64,000 nt of DNA, from the NCBI GenBank assembly GCA_010909165.1, contig MU008152.1:434001-498000 (forward strand), written 5' to 3'. This DNA is from Anthoceros angustus. Taxonomy: Eukaryota > Plantae > Anthocerotophyta. A program made the translations under genes and the position numbers. This document shows positions 49,906 through 61,045 of the stretch, one piece after another; positions within the stretch are counted from its first letter, which is position 1, and each line of letters begins with the position of its first letter. Under the pieces are notes generated by a model. It saw nothing but the letters and a program-made list of their open reading frames with translations. It was not told where the DNA came from and searched no databases.

Positions 49906-50063
49906 CTCTGCAGTCTCGACTCGTTCAAGACGTCTCACGAACGTCCATGAATCCGTCGAAACTGCAGTAGCGTGGTGCTGCTCAAAGGGAGCGAATGCGT
50001 GCAGGGGAATTGTACAACTACATGGGCTCCCGCATTTGAGTAATCGCCTGGAGACGACAATTC

Positions 50064-50077
50064 CATTGTGCTCAACG
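50064..50077 (+). promoter_or_regulatory. AW-box (CnTnG-N7-CG) CATTGTGCTCAACG upstream of STR
   Basis: Exact match to the consensus about 160 bp upstream of the ATG. The motif is degenerate. Confidence 0.45.
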
Positions 50078-50131
50078 GCTTTTCTGTCATGCGAGTTCCA
50101 CTTGTATGGCCACTCACGTGGACGATGAAAA

Positions 50132-50145
50132 CGAGAACTGCAACG
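50132..50145 (-). promoter_or_regulatory. AW-box CGTTGCAGTTCTCG upstream of STR
   Basis: Exact match on the STR sense strand about 230 bp upstream, within a tandem ACGAGAACTGC duplication and next to CACGTG (50115-50120). Confidence 0.45.
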
Positions 50146-50302
50146 AGAACTGCTAAACAGAGGAAAGCCTCTTCTTTTGTCGCTGCTCCTTTTACGTCGG
50201 AAAAGAAGTTTTCCAGTTTGACGCAGTAAAAGAATTGCACAAGGAACCAGTGCTCAAGAAGCACGAAGTCCAGCTCCGTTATTCTTAGATTCCAGACCAT
50301 TG

Positions 50303-53052
50303 TCAATTTTTGTCGGTCTCCCTTATACACAAGTCACCTAGTGATACAATGTCCCCAGTGTTGGGACTCCGGGGCAGGGTCGGAGAGGCCTGTTCAGGCA
50401 TTTTCCCTCCCCCTTCTGGTGGTCCATCAATCAACAGAGGAGGTCTTCTACTCAGCCTGGTGGGTAAACACTTGAACATTGCCCATCTCTTGGGTTGCTG
50501 TGGACCAGAATCCGTCCGCTGAATACGGCCCTTTCGTTGAGGTGAAGAAGGTTTGGACTCCACCTTCACAGGTTTGGCCTCCACCTTCACAGGTTTGGCC
50601 TCCACCTTCACAGGTTTGACCTCCACCTTCACAGGTTCTGGACCTCTGCTGGCAACGTGCTCTCTTGTCCGTTCCACAACAGAAAGATGAGAATTCTCAC
50701 CTGTCATCTTCAGCTGGGAAGCCCGGGAGTTACGGATGCCCTCCAGCAGAATCGAAGGTTGATCCTGTTGTCTTTCCTCCACTCTAGAGGGCTCCTCACG
50801 AGGCTGGAGGAAAGGAAGAGATCCTGCCCCGTGTTGCCTCACATAAGCAATAACTTTCTCCAAGACTTGTAAAGCCCATTTCACTTCTGGATCTGTCGCA
50901 TCATCGACAGGAGGGTTTGTTGCACTGCTCCCCTTGTCCGCCTCAGGTATCGGGCTCACAAGCTTCTGTGCACTAGGAGGTGACATGGGACTTCTGGACG
51001 AAGCAGGTTCCATGGCTCCTGAGTCAGCCAGCTTGACAGGAACAGTAGAGGCCTGATCAGTGACGATGGGATCTGGCTGAGCTTTTGGCAGCTGTGCCTC
51101 TGGTAATGGTGCCACCCGGTAGTTCTCGGCACTGCCCAGCCTCCGCAGACTCCCCTGCAGAGACTTCCCCTTGTCTCGAGTGCTCTCTTTCAGTGCCGAA
51201 ACCTGCTCAGCTGCGACATTCAAGTTCCCCAACTCGTACTTCTCTGCAGATTCCAGTGCCTGACGAACTCGTTCATATAATGGCTCAGTCTTGACTAGCT
51301 GCTGAAAGCTTTTTCCACCCTTTCCAGTATCCACTTGCAAGACAGCCTAAAAGAAGAAAGGTACACCACAAACCTAAGCACATGGAGCAACAGGAAGCGC
51401 CAGAAAGGGGACTTATACAGCCAAATCAACAGAGTACCTTCTGGAACAGCTTGTATCCCTGACCCGCTAATTGCCTGGACATAAAGTTTATGACCCAGGG
51501 TGGCACAAAGTCCAGCTTCATGTCCAAATTCATGATCGTTCTGCCAGCAGAAAAGGCATATGCTTGACCACACCGTCTATGCACATCTTCTGCCAGATGC
51601 CTCTAGTTTGAAAACGACTAGTATAGGAGTGTACCGGAAATATGAAACACCAGATGCCATTCTTTGCAAGACAAAACCACCACCAAGGTCCATGCGCACC
51701 ACAGAGTGAGGTGTTGGAGGGATATCCGTGACACTGAATCCATATGCTCTCTCTTCAATTCTATCCGTTGGAGGAACCTGGTCGAGATGTTCTACCCGAA
51801 GTCAGCCCAACTCTGGGAATTCCCCACTGATATGCACACTGTTGTGAAATGAGCAACTGTGGACTATCTGGTACATGTCGAAGCAGACAAGAGCTGCTAC
51901 TTACAGAATGCATAAGTACAAAAATAAGATCCTCCTGAAAGTACTCCAGCTCAAATAAAGAAAAAACAACTTCTCTCTGGGCGAACGGCCATGGTACTTT
52001 AAATCTGAGGATACCAGCCCAGCTCATCAGAACAAAAACAAGTACATCACGATGCATCCATAAATACGAAGCCTTCAGTATGAAATGTTCAGTCAAGAAT
52101 ACATCATCATTGGAACGATGGAGCATTCTTGGCTGCTTCCCATACCTGAGGGCAGCCAAGTCTTGCCCAACCCGTATTCGTCGCACCCACTTTGACTCCA
52201 AAATCTTGAAACTCGGCATTGAAAATTGCGGCCACCTTGAATCCAACTGAGTTTTCAGGTGAAGCTCACAAGAGATGATGAAAAGTCTAAACACCAAAGC
52301 ATCGTCTCGACTTACCACTCTCTGAACAGAGGTGCTTCCCAGCTCACGCAGAGTGCTGCAAGAAATACCGGAAAAGGAACTCCTTACTCCCAATACTTAG
52401 TGAAGCCAATGATGCACTTTATCAAAAAAAGACTCTTATGCTTCAGATGCACCGTTGGAAGCTTACCATTAGGAATATGACCCTCCAAGATTCCCTCCAG
52501 ACACAACGTGTGGATTGGTGTCCCTTCAGAACCTTCCCTATACATAACTCGGAATCGGCTTGTCTCCTCCTTCAACTGCACCAGGAGAGCAAGTCACACT
52601 TAATGCATGCCTCCTAAGTGACCTGCCTTCACTTGCTGTTAGGTTACACGACCACATTACCTTCCATCCGCCATGATCCTCATCACCTTCGCTAAGCTTC
52701 CCAAAGTGATCTCCCGAGGTGCTCCTCAAAGCTTCTAGAAAACCCCAAACTTCGCTACTATATGTATCAATCGCCTCTATGGGAGGCTTCCCCAAGTCCG
52801 CCCGAGCTAAATCATCCTTGCCATCTGTGGTTCACCACAACCCAAGCCGCAATATTACCAGACCGTTCACCGCATCTCCCAGACGCACAACCCCACCGCC
52901 CACACCGTTATTGCAACAGGCAAGTTACCTGGAACCACAGGAGACGATCTGAGGAGCTGGCTGTACACTAAATTCCTAACAGTAGCTTTGTCGGTCAAAG
53001 CAGGTGACGCTAACGTCTTGTCCAGCCTCTTCCTACCCTCTGCCACCGTCAT
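50303..53052 (-). CDS. START/SRPBCC-like (polyketide cyclase/lipid transport superfamily) protein with long disordered C-terminus, multi-exon
   Basis: RKRLDKTLASP, QLLRSS, FLEALRS..HGGWK, FRVMYREG..GTP.HTL..EG, WPQFSMPSFKIL, RIRVGQ, KVPWPFAQRE, FELEYFQEDL, VRMDLGGGFVLQ, DMKLDFVPP..INF.SRQL.G.G. A 21-bp repeat (PVKVEAK x4) lies at about 50558-50640. Confidence 0.82.
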
Positions 53053-54030
53053 GGCTCCTTCAACCAGGCATACCACAATACACCAACTCCAACCAGCTCC
53101 CAGCCTGCCTCCGAATTCCTTCACCGCCTCAGGCCTCAATTCCAACAATCCCACCACCCAAAGTCACCCCTAAAACCCCCTTCCCACTGCCCAACGCCCA
53201 ATTCTCCAAAACCTGGTCCCGATCCGACGCACTGCCACAGTCTCTCCATAGAACCCTGCTCTGCACAGAACCCACAACCACATTCCCAACGTTCACTCAT
53301 CCCGTGCAAAACTGACACCACTTCACTTCATGCGCCCCCGCAATGGAGAACTCTGACAAACGCCCAACAAGCGCCAATTCAGCTCCAGCTCACCTCCAAG
53401 CCACCTAGCCCGAGCTGACAACCTTCACATGCTCCACATGCATGCTACGCTCTCAAACCTCCTCCTGCCCCTGCTTGAAGCAAACGCTCTTTGCACTCCA
53501 TCACGGAAGGTAAAAAAATGGCAATGCCATCACAAGAGCCCACAACCTCGACGCTCCTCCTCACCGCGTCCAGCTCTCTGTCAATCTTAGAAATATCTCT
53601 TTCCTATTCTTCTCTGCCGAGGCAAGCAGATCTGCAGCTGCCCAAAATAATGGCAAAAGTACAAACACTGAGCAGAGGCCTAATTGTGGATCAAACGGCC
53701 GAACCTCGGGAAGGAGGCTGCGGAGGAAGAGGACAAAGGAGCAATCAAAGCCGAGGGAGCAAGCACCAGAAGCGAGGCCGGGCGAGGCGGGCGCGGTAGC
53801 CAGTCCTTTACCGCGTGGCCAGCAGCCGGAATCGACAGGCTCCAGCGCAATTTCGAAACGTCTCTAAGCGTGTATAAAAGAAAGAGAAAACAAGATTGAC
53901 TATATCGAGAAAGGAAAGAAAAATAATGTACAATGCCACATCCATTTTTGTGGGCACCCAGAAACGTTGTCGGTGAAGGTACAAGCAGGGGACCGAGCTT
54001 GTTTTGAATGCCATTGTGGGCCAATTGCGA

Positions 54031-54535
54031 GCTGGCCGGTGGAGCAACCAACCAGGTGGCGTTATCTCCAACAGTGAGGAGATGCATGTGTTACATGCCG
54101 TATGTTATCGGCCCTGCTCATCGAGGAGGGCATGGAACGTGCTGCAACCTGCAATGCTAGGGTAAAGCTTGGAGGCTGGGCCTTCGCAGTCCTAGTACTG
54201 TCGGTCCAACGCCCCCTGCACCATACTGTTGAGGCTTGATGAAAGGCAGGCAATGTTGATGTCATCTTGAAGTCATGTCGGCTGGCTGGTGGAGCAACCA
54301 ACCAGGTGGCGTTATCTCCAACAGTGAGGAGATGCATGTGTTACATGCCGTATGTTATCGGCCCTGCTCATCGAGGAGGGCATGGAACGTGCTGCAACCT
54401 GCAATGCTAGGGTAAAGCTTGGAGGCTGGGCCTTCGCAGTCCTAGTACTGTCGGTCCAACGCCCCCTGCACCATACTGTTGAGGCTTGATGTGAAAGGCA
54501 GGCAATGTTGATGTCATCTTGAAGTCATGTCGGCT
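54031..54535. repeat. 250-bp tandem duplication overlapping the stop codon and 3' UTR of the GIL1-like gene
   Basis: 54031-54280 is almost identical to 54281-54535. Confidence 0.92.
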
Positions 54536-56279
54536 TTCGGCTGGCGCAGTAGACCTGACTCTTGACTAGCATTTTGTTCTTCACATGGAAACCAGGTGTC
54601 ACCATAAACTCTACTTGAACTACGGCAGAGAACTTGGAGAGGAGTGTTTTGGGGATCTTTTGAGTGTACATGGGCTCCATGTGCAGAGGGTCGAAGGATG
54701 CCAAAGGAAACACTTGGAACATGGTAACGGGAGGCTCGAAAGCAAAGGCTAACTTATGCAATCCCCAAACCGATAGAAGTGCTCGGGAACAAGACCGGGT
54801 GAGAGGGTCAGGCCAATCCTCGCTCGGGTAGCCTAATGTCGCTGCCAATAACTCAGTCTTCATCTCCATGAACTGGGGGACAGAATCGTCACTGGCTGGC
54901 TGTGTGTAAAAGCCTTCCCTGAAGAAAATCTGGCGTGACGAAGGCTGTGAAAAGATGGGCGCCTTCTTGTTCTCCAGGCCGAAAGACTCCTGCTCGAAGT
55001 TGCGAAACATGGCCACAGTTACGCAAGCTTTTACGTAGGAAGCTGCTGCCTCTGATCCAAATGGCCACGTTTCCCTTGCGTTGTTGTTGGCATCTTGCAA
55101 TCTCCAATACATTCTGTGGCCTTCCTCTTCAGTCACAGACGAACTCAGCTGATCGAAGAACTGGTGAATACGCATCTTGCAGCTCATCGCCTCCTCGGCA
55201 AAGATGCCAGGATCTGCAATGTAGCCTGGTGCAATGCATCTTCTGTTTGGACCAACATGATCCATTAAGGTCGGATTGCGTAAGGCCGGTTGTTTCCCTC
55301 TCTTGAATGTGACCTTCTGCAGATTTCCCTTTGGAAATCGCTGGCCACCTCTGTCGCCATACTCTGTGTTACGAGAATGTTGCAATGACATCCCGGTATC
55401 CCCTGATGGTAGCCTCAAAATTTTCAGCTTCTGTTTGGCCCGCTGCATCTCTTGTTCCTCACTATCCTGTCCAGAGTTCACATCTGTACGTGCACTCTCT
55501 TCTTCTTCCTCCTCCTCCTCCTCCTCCTCTTCTTCTTCTTTTAGGACTTGCGTTCCCTTGTCTTGAGCAGCATGTTCTTCAACTCGGAGTGCAGCCACCG
55601 GCTGCTTCGCCAAATGTGTCATGACACCATTCATCCGTTCATTCAGGAATACCACATGGTCATTGGATCCTTTTCCTTTTGTCTGAGAGACATTTCCCGG
55701 GTCATCTCGAGCCTGCACCAGCAGCTCCGCTCTGCTTGAAACATCACACTCACTTGCTCCGCCTGTCGAATGTGCCTTTAGCGAAACCTGCTGATCTCTC
55801 TCCCGATGCCTCTTCTTCTCCCCGGAAGGCCAAAATATGTCCTCTTCGGAATCCTCCTCTGCAGCTGGGCGAAGCACGAGATGATCCTCGATTCCACCGT
55901 TGTTAATAAAGATATGAAACTTCTCCCCGGTAGACCGCATTTCTTCTTCGAAATCCTCCTCAGCAACTGGGTGAAACACGGTACCATCTGCAATTGGCTG
56001 AAACACGGTGCGATTCTTGCGTCGCTTCCAGGCTTCCCGTGGCTTGCATGAGCTGAATTTTTCACTCCTGTCCTCTGCGATTTGGCCAACGTGATTTTTT
56101 GGCGGTCTCCATAGCTGTACTTGCATATTTTTCACCTTGGGTACCGCCTCGTGGATTCCTTCAGCCAAAAGCTCCTCCAGGTCCTTCTTTGCTTGGCACC
56201 GCCCATGGCAGCCCACAAACCAGCGCTTCGTACGGGCCATGTTACATGTAGAAATTATGTGTGAGATTAGGTTCATCAT
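54525..56279 (-). CDS. Intronless GIL1/IRKI-like protein (about 584 aa) with poly-Glu tract
   Basis: C-terminal FEQESF, MKTELL, SVWGLHKLAFAFEPPVTMFQV...FDPLHME, VEFMVTPGFHV...VKSQVYC is typical of the GIL1/IRKI C-terminal domain. The N-terminal half is low complexity. Confidence 0.75.
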   Translation of the reverse strand: MMNLISHIISTCNMARTKRWFVGCHGRCQAKKDLEELLAEGIHEAVPKVKNMQVQLWRPPKNHVGQIAEDRSEKFSSCKPREAWKRRKNRTVFQPIADGTVFHPVAEEDFEEEMRSTGEKFHIFINNGGIEDHLVLRPAAEEDSEEDIFWPSGEKKRHRERDQQVSLKAHSTGGASECDVSSRAELLVQARDDPGNVSQTKGKGSNDHVVFLNERMNGVMTHLAKQPVAALRVEEHAAQDKGTQVLKEEEEEEEEEEEEEESARTDVNSGQDSEEQEMQRAKQKLKILRLPSGDTGMSLQHSRNTEYGDRGGQRFPKGNLQKVTFKRGKQPALRNPTLMDHVGPNRRCIAPGYIADPGIFAEEAMSCKMRIHQFFDQLSSSVTEEEGHRMYWRLQDANNNARETWPFGSEAAASYVKACVTVAMFRNFEQESFGLENKKAPIFSQPSSRQIFFREGFYTQPASDDSVPQFMEMKTELLAATLGYPSEDWPDPLTRSCSRALLSVWGLHKLAFAFEPPVTMFQVFPLASFDPLHMEPMYTQKIPKTLLSKFSAVVQVEFMVTPGFHVKNKMLVKSQVYCASRKPT

Positions 56280-58411
56280 GGGTGAAGTAGTTAATGAAAA
56301 TTGCTATTTTCCCGGAGCTATGATCAGGGCTTATAGCGCACGACACTCTTCTGAAAATGAACACTGAGCTCTTATATGGGTACAAGCTCACCATGCCCGC
56401 ACACTTTCAATAGTCTCAAATTTTAGCGTTTTTTTAGTTTAGTAATTTCTAGTAGTCTCAAATTTTAGGCGTCTCTAGTTTAGTAATTTTCAATTGTCTC
56501 TAATTTTAGGCTTAATTAGTTTCCATCGTCTCTAATTTTAGGCTTTTCTATCCATTTTTATTTAAGTAAGTTTTTATAAACCCTAATTGAATTCTTCATC
56601 AGAATTATCACATATCTTACATTCCACTATAGCTTAGACGTCCTCAAATGCCTTCACACAATTGTTCCAAAGGGCTTCATAACAAACATGCCACCAACCA
56701 CTTTAGTTTAGAGGTCCTCAAAGGCCTTCACAAAATTGTTCCAACGGGCTTCACAACAAACATTCCACCAAGCGCCAAGAATAATTAGGGAAAGGGTTCT
56801 CCAAGGTGGGTATCACTCCATCCCGGCCGTGGATCGATGAGGGTCATTTTTTCAACCGACTTCTTTACCAACTCATGGCAAACCCGGTCCATGGTCTCGA
56901 GCGCTCTCTTCTCGTTCCAATTTAGAGATGAAGACTGCTATATACTATTAAGATTGCAGACTGACATAATGGGGTCTAAACATACTTACAAATACACAGA
57001 TATGCGAAGTGAGAACGTGGATATTGTCTCAAACATACGTAGCTCATAACTCTACTGGATCTGGCAGAAATACTATGGTGGACACAAATGCATACATATG
57101 GGTATAATGGAATGAGCCTATAGGTGCACATTAGTGGTTTAGACATATGGACATATGCATGCTCATATTGTAGACATCCTCAGGTCAGTACAGCAAGAAC
57201 AGAATGCTACAGTTCACAGACGGAGATTGCTTCAATGAACTCCCTAGAAACGATCAGCAATGACGTTCAGGCATTCACTCGAATCCGTTGCTCCTGTACA
57301 TAAGACATTGGTGTGGTTCAGACACACAAGAGGGTTGTTGGCTTCAGCACTAGGAAGAGTGGCTTGCAGCCAAGACAGTGGGCGCAGGCATAAAGGCTTT
57401 GGCTTGTTCCTGTTGAATTGCCATTGAACATCCTAATAGAATATTGATTTATAGGATGTTCAAGGCATCCCTACATTCGCTTACGTAATTGCTCTGCCTC
57501 GCAGACTGTGAGACACACATTTCCCAATATTAAGATGCCCTTGATGCCCAGCTACAAGCGCATAGGCATTCATTGCTACTGTAAACACAAAAGAAACGTA
57601 GAAGAAACCCCCGCCCTGATAATATTTTAGAGACACATGAAGCTTTAGGAGAAAACTCACATAAGTCTAAAGGTTTGCATCCATTCATACATCGAGGCAT
57701 ATATGGAGTAGGGCTTTCTTTTTCCTAGGAGAACCTTAGCGCTTTCCAACACAACAAGGCTCATTCTAGTATGCTCTTCGTGGCTTCAGTGGCTTCAATT
57801 TTCTGATGCCTATCACCTTAACCCCATAGTGGTTACCGTTACTTTTAATTTTTACCTCAGAATACCCAACTCACTCAAATTAACGTTTTGACCTATAACG
57901 TTCTTTAACATTGTGCACAATTTTTGAATGAGACTAGTTCATATTAAGGCTGCCCTTTGTGGCAAAATTTTCCCTTGATTTTAAAAAATAATTAAAAAAT
58001 TTTGACCAATCTATTTAGTCAAAATACGAAAGAATGGTGTAAAAAACTCACAAACCCTCAAGAAGAAGAAACAAAGCCATTACTACGGCCATATTGAAAT
58101 TATGGACTTGATTTTAAATGAATTATATATATATATGGTAATAAAAATAAATTATCTTGAATGAGAGAAAAAATATAAAATTTGATAAGTGTGATAAGTA
58201 TATTTGCAAGTAACACAAAATAAATGCGATGTGAAAAATATATGTGCATTGATGCACCTCGTACAAATATATTTGACACGAGGATTATACAAACGAAAAG
58301 CGAGGATTTTATATCCTTACAAAAATTGTGTACAATGTTAAAACACATAGGTCAAAACAGTCGCATTAAGTGGATTTGGCATTATGGGGTTAGTAACAAT
58401 TAGAAATATTT

Positions 58412-58956
58412 TTAGTATATTTCACTAAACGTGACACTTCTAGCAAGTACTACTTGGTGAGACTTAGGACTAATAAGCTTGTATGCTTTGCTTTCCTCAG
58501 AATAGCCCAAGAAGATATAGGGGACAGCCCTATCATCTAACTTCTTCCTCTTTTCTTCAGGAACATACACAAACGCAGGAGAACCAAACACTCTCAAGTG
58601 GGAAATGCTAGGCTTTCTACCCCAGAAGCCCTCATAAGGAGACTGTCCTCGAAGAGAAGCAGCAAGGAGCCTATTAAGAATGTACGTTGCAGTAGTAATA
58701 GCTTCTGCCCAATACCTTTTAGGGAGAGCTGCATAGGATACATGCTGCGTGTCATTCCCATGAGTGTTTGATTCTTACGTTCTGCCACCCCATTTTGTTG
58801 TTGTGTATAAGGTACAAATAGCTGGCGGATGATGCCACACCGAGTGAACAACTCGTAACATGTAGTTACCGTAAGAAGTAAAGTAATATAGTAAGAATGG
58901 ATTGTTTCTTTTAATTGGTTTTGGAGAACCATACCTCTTCTTGTGTGTCTAAGCAT
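58412..58956 (-). mobile_element. Copia integrase relic
   Basis: YTQQQNGVAERKNQTL, RVFGSPAFVYVPEEKRKKLDDRAVPYIFLGYSEESKAYKL. Confidence 0.88.
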
Positions 58957-59639
58957 ATGATTCTGTTAAGCAAGTGTCTAAGTATATTTTTATGTTTAGC
59001 AAGCTGTTTTAAGGTCAGCAGGGTAAGTTAACACGAGGAAGTTTAGACGAAACCATAGACCTCAAAGAAATTTGTGAACTTTGAAAAAAGAGGAAAAGAA
59101 GACTTTATTATAAAAAAGAGATGGAAAAAACCCATCCACCCTGAAAACAAAAGGGGAAATAGAATATGATTTTTGAAAAATATTTTTTTATAGATGCCCA
59201 ATTTAGATTTTCTGAAAAAGAGAGCCAAAAATTACTTTTAAAAATTGAGCAATTGTGGTTAGAAACCTTAAGAGAAACAGACCCAGATGAAGGTTCTTTT
59301 AAAACCTCTTCCAGTTCACGATATTTTTGCTACATGTCCAGCAGACAGATGCCCCTCACTTGCATTTGGGCCGAGAGGAGCCGCAAGTCCCAAGGGTCGT
59401 CGAATGTGGATCGCAGAATCCCCTCCACTTTTTGAAACTCTCCCAATTGCTGCGCCTCAGCGGATGTGAGGCCCTGGGGCAATGAGGGGTGGCCATCTTG
59501 CGCCATGGGGGTTGGGGAGCTCGAGAGAATGCGGGAGAAAGGGGAGTGGTAGGGAGAGAGGCGGGGAGCCGGGAGCCTGGCGGAGGAGTGACAGGCCGGG
59601 GAGGGAGAGGGGGAGGACGAGGAGTAGCATTTGGGTATG

Positions 59640-60190
59640 GGGAGTATCCGAAGTTGCCGTAGTGTGCCAAGACTGCTGAATGATGTAGTGTTGGGCACCA
59701 AAGAGGATTGTTGAATGACGTAGTGTCGGGCACCTGCCTGGTTGACATGCATGCAAAATGTGCTGAATCTGGAAGATGCACGCCGGGTTATTGACAGCAT
59801 GAACATAAAGCGTGTGGTGACATGCAATGTCCTGATCGCTGGGCATTCACGGCAAGGACTCGGGCATGTGCTGCTTGTAGTGTAAGGACAAATATAATGG
59901 AGCAGGAGGGGCTGATTTTTGTTAACCACGTTACTCTGGCTTGTTAACCATGTTACTTTTGCTTTCCCTTGTGAAAGCCTGTGCAAGCACTGGTGCCGGG
60001 CAGAAGGGCGGCAGACAGCTGCATACTGACAGAATGTCCAAAGAGGACTGCTGGATGGCGTAGTGGTGGGGGCATCTGTCTGCTAGACATGTATGCAAAA
60101 ATGTGGTGAACTGGAACATGCACGCCAAGTTCTTGACATCCTGAACACTAAGGCTGTGGAGTCATGGACCGCCATGATATCCAAAACTTT
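59640..60190 (+). pseudogene. PLS-class PPR gene fragment
   Basis: Frameshifted LVDMHAKC..LEDARRVIDSMNIKRVVTCNVLIAGH and LLDMYAK-CGELEHARQVLDILNTKAVESWTAMIS. Confidence 0.8.
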
Positions 60191-60253
60191 CCGGGGTCCC
60201 GATTGGTTGATGTATCATTTTTTGATCCAAGTATCTCTTACATATTTTAGTTT

Positions 60254-60620
60254 TTAAAACATGTACTCGCCAATGGCAGAGGCAGAGGCTGTATGCATAT
60301 GCTTTCCGCGAGAAGCTCCGGGCCATAGATGGCATGTCTTCTGTGAAGATAGAATCACCTCAACCACACGCACACGATGACCGACGGCCGAGGCCGATAA
60401 GGGCTTAGGTACGAGATCGAATGACACGCGGATCTCCTCATCAGTGGTGAACTCTATAAAGCGCTGCAGCTCTCCCACGGAGCTCATCAAGTTTATGCAG
60501 CTCCGGCAACACACGGCCGCTTGGTATCAGGATCAGGGCTTAAGCTCTTCGTAAAACAAGGTCGGACGCACATTGTCAAGCACAAGCTGAAAGGTCACAA
60601 CCTCTGGCACGATCTTTCAC
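60254..60620 (-). pseudogene. Unidentified gene fragment
   Basis: Protein-like frame VPEVVTFQLVLDNVRPTLFYEELKP*..AAVCCRSCINLMSSVGELQRFIEFT with stops. Confidence 0.3.
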
Positions 60621-60759
60621 CACCTTGTCCATCTTCTACATTTCTTCGTTTCCTTTGCGTCTATGCTTATTGACAGAGATCTAGACTGTCCAGAGTTGGG
60701 AATCGCAAAATCTGAATAACGTCAAGCGTGAGTAGGACTACAGCTGCAGGCAGCTCACC

Positions 60760-61045
60760 ATGGCTGTCGGAGTGAAGCTCTGTGGACAGAAAGCAGTGGT
60801 GCTGCTGCTGCTGCAGCTACAGCTGCTTCGCATGGCCCTGTGCCAGACGCCGCGGCCGCCCTTGCTTGTGGATTTTAAAGCATACAGCTTGCCCAATTTT
60901 CAAGGCATCGAGAAAGGGATTGAACTGACTGCAGCACCGGTATCATTCGCGGTCTTCGGACCATTTGGGACTTCCCCGATTCAGTCTTGGACTTGGTCGT
61001 CTACACCACCGCCCATGTTGGGAGAAACGAGACGCACTGGAGCCT
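60760..61045 (+). pseudogene. 5' end of a secreted or membrane protein gene (possibly L-type lectin or lectin receptor kinase) interrupted by Copia
   Basis: Hydrophobic signal-like MAVGVKLCGQKAVVLLLLQLQLLRMALCQ, then DFKAYSLPNF..KGIELT...RTGAL. The frame runs into the LTR at 61046. Confidence 0.45.
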
